IMG/VR virus record: IMGVR_UViG_3300047548_001261
Span: 1 to 64,000 of that record
DNA from: a virus
DNA length: 64,000 nucleotides
Strand: one strand, 5' to 3'
The translations under genes were made by a program, and so were the position numbers. This document shows positions 58,933-64,000 of this stretch, piece by piece. The notes below the pieces were generated by a model. It saw only the letters and a list, made by a program, of their open reading frames with translations. It made no database searches and was not told the DNA's origin. Positions within the stretch are counted from its first letter, which is position 1, and each line of letters opens with the position of its first letter.

Positions 58933-61763
58933 AAAAACGCCTGCACAGGAATACTCTTCTCCTGCAAAATGTTGATATCTAGTGCCAGTATAGTCCGCCC
59001 AGCTGTTGGGAGCAGCCTTGACAAAGCCGTGTCGGATATGAAGTAACTCATCCCCTTAACTGCGTTTAGGAATGCCTGCTCTGTCTTTATCTTCAACGGA
59101 TCGGAGCTTCCGGATTTATATCTGCTTAACATGGGCCACGTCATCATTGTGTCGATGTACAACACACCATCCTCGGCCACGAAGTGAATACCCTTATCAA
59201 TCCCCCACTGGACGTTGTCCTTGCCAGAGTAAAGCGCCATGACCGCAAAATCTCTAACGACCTTATCGACTTCTGTGACGCTAGAGGATTTAGCAATCTG
59301 TGCCGAGGAGCTCTCCATATAGTCATAAAACTTCTCGCGCATCTGGCACAAAGCGTTGTAATTCTCTGCGGAGAACCCGGACTCCTGCGAGCCTAAAACA
59401 CTGATCGCCCAATCGTAAGCAACAAGAATGCACTTGTATCCAAACCTAAGCCGCTCATTAATGTCCCGTACATCCATAGATACCGGCATCTTCGCCCGCT
59501 GAAGCATTTCCCCGATAGCCTTGACGGGTGTTTGAAGAGCGCCGTGAACTAGCTTTGGTGCGAACTCCGCGAGTGCATCGGCTTTGGGTTCCAGTTCTGT
59601 GAAAACGTCAAACCCGTAATCGTGCCCGGCTGCTGTCATGTTTACCATGATTGCCCTGTGGTGAATCGCTGGAACATCAACCATTTCTTCAGAGAGTGTA
59701 CAAATGGGGGCAGAAATTCTCCAGGATACAGTTGAGACATTTGCCCCGTTACGGTCGCCGCCACCCAACCGACCCTTAGATATAACTTGGGAATCAAATG
59801 CACCTTTCAAGATTTCTATAATATCCGTATAGTGCTTTTGGGTTGTACACGACTTCGGATTAAGCTCGTTTATAATTCGGGGGATCGTCGTAGACTCAGA
59901 GACCCCTTGTTGAAATGGCAGCTTTGTAGAGTTAGGTGCCTCCAGTGTCGATAATGCCGCCTCCCCCTCTAACCCGGATAGGCGCATTAAAACCCCTGTC
60001 AAAGCATTTTTGCCCGTGCCGGCAACCCCAGATATACAAAGCAAGGGAAACCGCTTGGATACTTGGTAGATATGGGTCTTCAAATGCGCAGCTAAAAACC
60101 AGCCTAGCACAGGTGATATTGCCTCAACAGTGTTGCACTTGAGTAACAAGCTAAACGCATGGTTAGCCTCCGCCGAGATTGGGTTATACCAGTCTTTTTG
60201 GCTAAGCCTTGGCGCAACTACAGATTCATTGCCCTTGAATAAAAGGGTGTCGTAAACGCCAACATTGTTGACGCTAAATCCTGGCTCGATATAGGTGAGC
60301 CTGCCTGAGTGCCCTGGAGACATGACGTCTTCAGGTCCAGTTCTTTTCCTGTAGTGTATTCCTACTGATGATGCCGCTATCACGATGTTTATCTCCGATG
60401 ATGCTTGTAGTTCCCCTAAAGAAATTGTGTGCCTAATCCTGGTGACATCGTCATCGGTGCCCACAAAGGCTGCCCCGTCAATTCCAGATATTTCCTTCTT
60501 GAATTGACTCTTAGACGTCCAGGCACTTTCATCAAAATCTTTTATGGTGTGTGTGCTTGCTCTGCTTGGTATCGCCAAGCTGACGGTCGATGCCAAGCAT
60601 TTCCCGTCTAATTCGTCCATGATTATAGACTCTCTCTCCATGGTAAAAGTGGACACGACATGGGTGTGATCCTGGTCTGTATACCATTGCCCGCTATGCT
60701 CAAAAAGCAACAGAGTTTCTAAGGACTGGGTCGTAGCTACCATAGCTTTTACTGGGCATCCCTCACACGGCTTAACCGAAATTGTGTTAAGAATTGACCC
60801 ACAGATAAACTTATTTTTATCTAAGTTTCCTGCCGCATACCCGTGGAAGGCAAGTAATAGCGTCTTTCTTTTTTGGCTCGATACGCCCTTCCTGGAAGGG
60901 CAGGCATCTACAATGCGGGCATGTACCGACTCCAATTGGTCTTTAGGGACGTCAGCCCTGGCCGACCAACAGCCGACATTGTACGCAATCTGATTAAAAG
61001 ACGCTGCCGAACCTCTCTTACCCTCCATTAGCGCAGTCACACATGCCGGCACAATCCCGCCAAAGATGCCTGTGTCAGTGACTGCTTTGGCTGTCTTGAA
61101 TTTACTTTCAAGCTTGGCATGTTCCTTGTACTCTTTCTTGACTTGGTCAAAAAGGTTCGCAAGGACTTGGCTTTTGGTGTTAGGTCCAGAGAAAGTTTCC
61201 TGTCCCCTAGGGGATTTAACCATTTCCCGGTAACCGTCAACAGTCAATGCCTGGAGCTCCTCGAAGGTAACGATAACTTTGTACTTTTTGTCCGGACGTA
61301 AGCTATCAGGTGGCCTGACCATCCGCCCCCTGCCGTTCGAGTAAACCTGCTGGTCGAGACCCGTAACATACAGCTTCAAAGCCAGCATACGGTACAGGTC
61401 GGGCAGGTTCTTTTCAGGCTTCCCTGTTGAGAAAATATTCATGTTGATGAAAACGTGAATACCTTTTGCCCCGGATAAATGGATTTCTAAATCGTCTTCC
61501 TCAACACCAATACTTGTCAATTTCTTACAGAGCTGCACGCCGGACTCCAGTGCTACTGATAAGTCCGTGTGGTCGATATCGAAGAACAGTGGACCTTGAT
61601 ACGTCATCGACTCGGGCCCAGCAATCTCTGGATCGGAGTTCAGAGCCAGGATTGTTATCCTTGAAGCTTCGTGCTGTCTTGCAAAATTCCATAGGTTGTG
61701 AGGGTCTTTATCGGTAGATGTTACCCATTCCCCGAAATCGCCTCTTTGATAGCAGCGAAACAT
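58929..61763 (-). CDS. AEP primase-helicase
   Basis: FFDIDH, SGAKGIH, Cys cluster, P-loop GVAGTGKN. Confidence 0.82.
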   Translation of the reverse strand: MFRCYQRGDFGEWVTSTDKDPHNLWNFARQHEASRITILALNSDPEIAGPESMTYQGPLFFDIDHTDLSVALESGVQLCKKLTSIGVEEDDLEIHLSGAKGIHVFINMNIFSTGKPEKNLPDLYRMLALKLYVTGLDQQVYSNGRGRMVRPPDSLRPDKKYKVIVTFEELQALTVDGYREMVKSPRGQETFSGPNTKSQVLANLFDQVKKEYKEHAKLESKFKTAKAVTDTGIFGGIVPACVTALMEGKRGSAASFNQIAYNVGCWSARADVPKDQLESVHARIVDACPSRKGVSSQKRKTLLLAFHGYAAGNLDKNKFICGSILNTISVKPCEGCPVKAMVATTQSLETLLLFEHSGQWYTDQDHTHVVSTFTMERESIIMDELDGKCLASTVSLAIPSRASTHTIKDFDESAWTSKSQFKKEISGIDGAAFVGTDDDVTRIRHTISLGELQASSEINIVIAASSVGIHYRKRTGPEDVMSPGHSGRLTYIEPGFSVNNVGVYDTLLFKGNESVVAPRLSQKDWYNPISAEANHAFSLLLKCNTVEAISPVLGWFLAAHLKTHIYQVSKRFPLLCISGVAGTGKNALTGVLMRLSGLEGEAALSTLEAPNSTKLPFQQGVSESTTIPRIINELNPKSCTTQKHYTDIIEILKGAFDSQVISKGRLGGGDRNGANVSTVSWRISAPICTLSEEMVDVPAIHHRAIMVNMTAAGHDYGFDVFTELEPKADALAEFAPKLVHGALQTPVKAIGEMLQRAKMPVSMDVRDINERLRFGYKCILVAYDWAISVLGSQESGFSAENYNALCQMREKFYDYMESSSAQIAKSSSVTEVDKVVRDFAVMALYSGKDNVQWGIDKGIHFVAEDGVLYIDTMMTWPMLSRYKSGSSDPLKIKTEQAFLNAVKGMSYFISDTALSRLLPTAGRTILALDINILQEKSIPVQAFL

Positions 61764-61778
61764 ACTGATTTCCTTATA

Positions 61779-61976
61779 TTATATTTTAATTGCAGTTGCT
61801 AGCTTTACCGTAGCCTTGCCCTGTCTCGCTATTCGGATGGCGGCCTCTAAGTCTGAAATAACTTCAGGGTCAGTGGCAGACTTCAGCGCCTTTTTAGCCT
61901 CGGTAACCGTTAGGCTGGCGCGCAATTTGCCGTTAAGTCTTGCTCCGCCCAGAGGGAAGGCTATAATTTCTGGCAT
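61779..61976 (-). CDS. hypothetical protein
   Basis: ORF. Confidence 0.5.
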   Translation of the reverse strand: MPEIIAFPLGGARLNGKLRASLTVTEAKKALKSATDPEVISDLEAAIRIARQGKATVKLATAIKI

Positions 61977-62004
61977 GTTTGTGGCCTGTGAGTGTACAAG
62001 TCCT

Positions 62005-62343
62005 TCATAAACCCGCCTTTAATTCCTCGATAGCCGCCTTGGCCGCTTCCGTCCGCCCCAAAATCACCTCTGCAATCGCCAATGCTTTAGTGTCAGAAAG
62101 TTTATTGGCTTCGACAAAATCTTCAATATCAATCGGCGGGTACTGAATCTCCAATAAATCCAACTCATGAAGGCACTTCTCCAAATCCTCCAATCCTTTG
62201 CCTGTCGGTTTATCGAACCGGCAAAGACGTTTAACTATGCACCCTTGCAAGAAACCTAACGCCCCGCCCTCGATAAACTCAACAGGTTGAATAGCAAACC
62301 CCTTGTAATGGCTGCCGCCAATTTGTACATTCAAAGCACTCAT
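62005..62343 (-). CDS. DUF3310/SaV-like protein
   Basis: QIGGSHYK..IQPVEF...G..GLEDLEK. Confidence 0.8.
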   Translation of the reverse strand: MSALNVQIGGSHYKGFAIQPVEFIEGGALGFLQGCIVKRLCRFDKPTGKGLEDLEKCLHELDLLEIQYPPIDIEDFVEANKLSDTKALAIAEVILGRTEAAKAAIEELKAGL

Positions 62344-62522
62344 AAAACCACCCTCAGATTATTATCTTTCAACACATTACCGGAAATAATTCCGGACTTA
62401 ATTTTTTCTTCTAACTCAGATTGTTTAACCACAACCCCCAATCCATAAGGGTGAACCTCATAAATCAGCGTCGCTGCGTCTAAGATGTAGCCCTCCGCTA
62501 TAAATAAGCTTGCGTCGTTCAT
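62340..62522 (-). CDS. hypothetical protein
   Basis: ORF coupled to neighbours. Confidence 0.45.
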   Translation of the reverse strand: MNDASLFIAEGYILDAATLIYEVHPYGLGVVVKQSELEEKIKSGIISGNVLKDNNLRVVL

Positions 62523-62763
62523 ATTCTTCTCTCACTTGTTTTGATGGGACCCACAGGGTGTGCCCACGCCGGTATTTCCGGGCATATGTCGGATTATGGG
62601 CAATAGCAAACCCTACCCCTGGAGGGGTGTCCACCTCGTTAATAAACACTTTGAAAACAAGCCAATCAATATTGGCGTTTTTCATAAAATCTTTGGAATT
62701 TATAAGAATTTCCCAAGCAATTTTGGCGCTCAGGACGACGTCGTTAGGGCTGTTCTCCACCAT
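62458..62763 (-). CDS. hypothetical protein
   Basis: ORF. Confidence 0.45.
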   Translation of the reverse strand: MVENSPNDVVLSAKIAWEILINSKDFMKNANIDWLVFKVFINEVDTPPGVGFAIAHNPTYARKYRRGHTLWVPSKQVREEYERRKLIYSGGLHLRRSDADL

Positions 62764-63268
62764 CGATTACTCCCACGACTTCGACATAATACCCTTGGAC
62801 AACTTCCCTTGTCGCCGTGTTGATAAGGGAAATTTGCTGGCGAGCGCACCGTAGATTATTCTTGGCAGTTATGTTACAAAGTACGCCTTTTATAACACTG
62901 TGTATTTCTCCGTCGTTGGCCCCGCAAGAAAATATCCAACCTTGGCCAACTCCAAGTTGCCTGAAAATATTTGCGGACCGGTGTTGCCAACCACTTGGGT
63001 TACGCCTTCCACCTTTTTGTATACCGCCTGGGGTAGAAGGCAAAAAGGGTGCTGGTAAGTCAGGGTTTCTTTTCTCCAATGTGACTTTACAAATGTCCCA
63101 ATTAACCCGCGAACCCTTGGGTTCACAAGAGACTGCGATAAAGTTTTGTACTGATAAGCGCTCGTAGGTGTTGACAAATTTCTGAGCCATGTCGCCAGGG
63201 CAGAAAAAGCTGTCCCCTTCTTTAAAAACCTCGCTGGGGTCGATCACCCCTAAATTTTTTAAATCCAC
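62744..63268 (-). CDS. hypothetical protein
   Basis: ORF. Confidence 0.55.
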   Translation of the reverse strand: MDLKNLGVIDPSEVFKEGDSFFCPGDMAQKFVNTYERLSVQNFIAVSCEPKGSRVNWDICKVTLEKRNPDLPAPFLPSTPGGIQKGGRRNPSGWQHRSANIFRQLGVGQGWIFSCGANDGEIHSVIKGVLCNITAKNNLRCARQQISLINTATREVVQGYYVEVVGVIDGGEQP

Positions 63269-63850
63269 TCACACCACCTTAAATACTTCAAAATTATAGA
63301 TTCGGTCGGGGACTCTTACGAGGTCCCCGACCGCTGGAAAAAGCTTTTTAAATAGCTCGTCTTCGTTATTAATGTCTTCGCAGGCAGTAATGTCAGCTTT
63401 GACTGCCGCAACCTTCATTGCCTCTATTGCAGATAAGAACGGGGGAGATTTAATCTCTACTGTACCAGACCCTTGGCTGCCTCCACCTACATCCCAAAAC
63501 CTAACGGTAGTAATTAACTTCCTTGTGGTTACCCGCTTCCGATAGTAAATATTCTTTGGGGGTCGCTCCTGAATCTTCAGGTCGAAAACCTTTACCAAGT
63601 TACCATCAAAGTTGGCGATGCCGACGTAATGGTCGAGGGTTATCAGCCCTGGGGTATCCTTTCCGTTCTCAACAGCCTTTTTACTGCTGAATTTAAGGTG
63701 AACCCTCTGGGACTGCTCTGCATCTGTAAATCCGTCGAACCACTGCAAAGCTTGCTTTGCCCCCTCCGGGTAGGGGTTGTCCCAAGAGTGTGCCCTGCCT
63801 TCCTTACATGCCAATTGGCCTTGTAGGTAGTATTGCCCACGGTTTCGCAT
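63269..63850 (-). CDS. hypothetical protein with Rmf/CrpP-like N-terminal motif
   Basis: YLQGQLACKEGR...NPYP...QWFDGF. Confidence 0.5.
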   Translation of the reverse strand: MRNRGQYYLQGQLACKEGRAHSWDNPYPEGAKQALQWFDGFTDAEQSQRVHLKFSSKKAVENGKDTPGLITLDHYVGIANFDGNLVKVFDLKIQERPPKNIYYRKRVTTRKLITTVRFWDVGGGSQGSGTVEIKSPPFLSAIEAMKVAAVKADITACEDINNEDELFKKLFPAVGDLVRVPDRIYNFEVFKVV

Positions 63851-63884
63851 TACACCCCCTAAAATGTGCATGTTACATATATTT

Positions 63885-63901
63885 TGATGTAATGTACATC
63901 A
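63885..63901 (-). promoter_or_regulatory. third copy of the palindromic operator
   Basis: TGATGTAATGTACATCA. Confidence 0.6.
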
Positions 63902-64000
63902 TTTCTCACTGTCCGGCCAGCCCGCCTCAATCAAGTGCTGGATCACGTTGACAGCCGGAGGGTTTTCAGCAGCTTCCCAAGGGTCTTTGGGTAGGTATTT

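Noticed and set aside
40711-64000. Hypermodified-base pathway (dZ, 7-deazaguanine, hmU)
   Set aside because: No purZ, queCDE/dpdA or hydroxymethylase recognised; ThyX plus dUTPase points to ordinary thymine

Overview
The window is most of a tailed dsDNA phage genome, probably siphovirus-like: it has a tail tube and a very long tape measure, and no sheath was seen. A lambda gpA-type terminase lies on the minus strand next to a cos-like region rich in IHF sites. A plus-strand virion module follows (4.3-37.2 kb: portal, S49 protease, decoration protein, major capsid, neck, a variable fibre island, tail tube, tape measure, tail tip). It converges on a minus-strand replication and nucleotide module (40.7-64 kb: SbcCD, RecU-like resolvase, HNH-dUTPase, Dda-like helicase, ligase, PolA, ThyX, HU, SNF2 helicase, C5 methyltransferase, primase-helicase). 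The standout feature is at the junction (37.15-40.6 kb): nine integron attC-type sites separating eight single-gene cassettes, with no integrase in the window. The extrahelical-base pattern makes + the attC top strand, so every cargo ORF is inverted relative to canonical cassettes and co-oriented with the phage replication operon. Other notable items are a C5 methyltransferase split across two overlapping frames, a palindromic operator over the -10 box found three times with an adjacent RHH gene, PolA motif substitutions and an insertion, and several gene relics. All calls come from manual motif reading; no searches were run.
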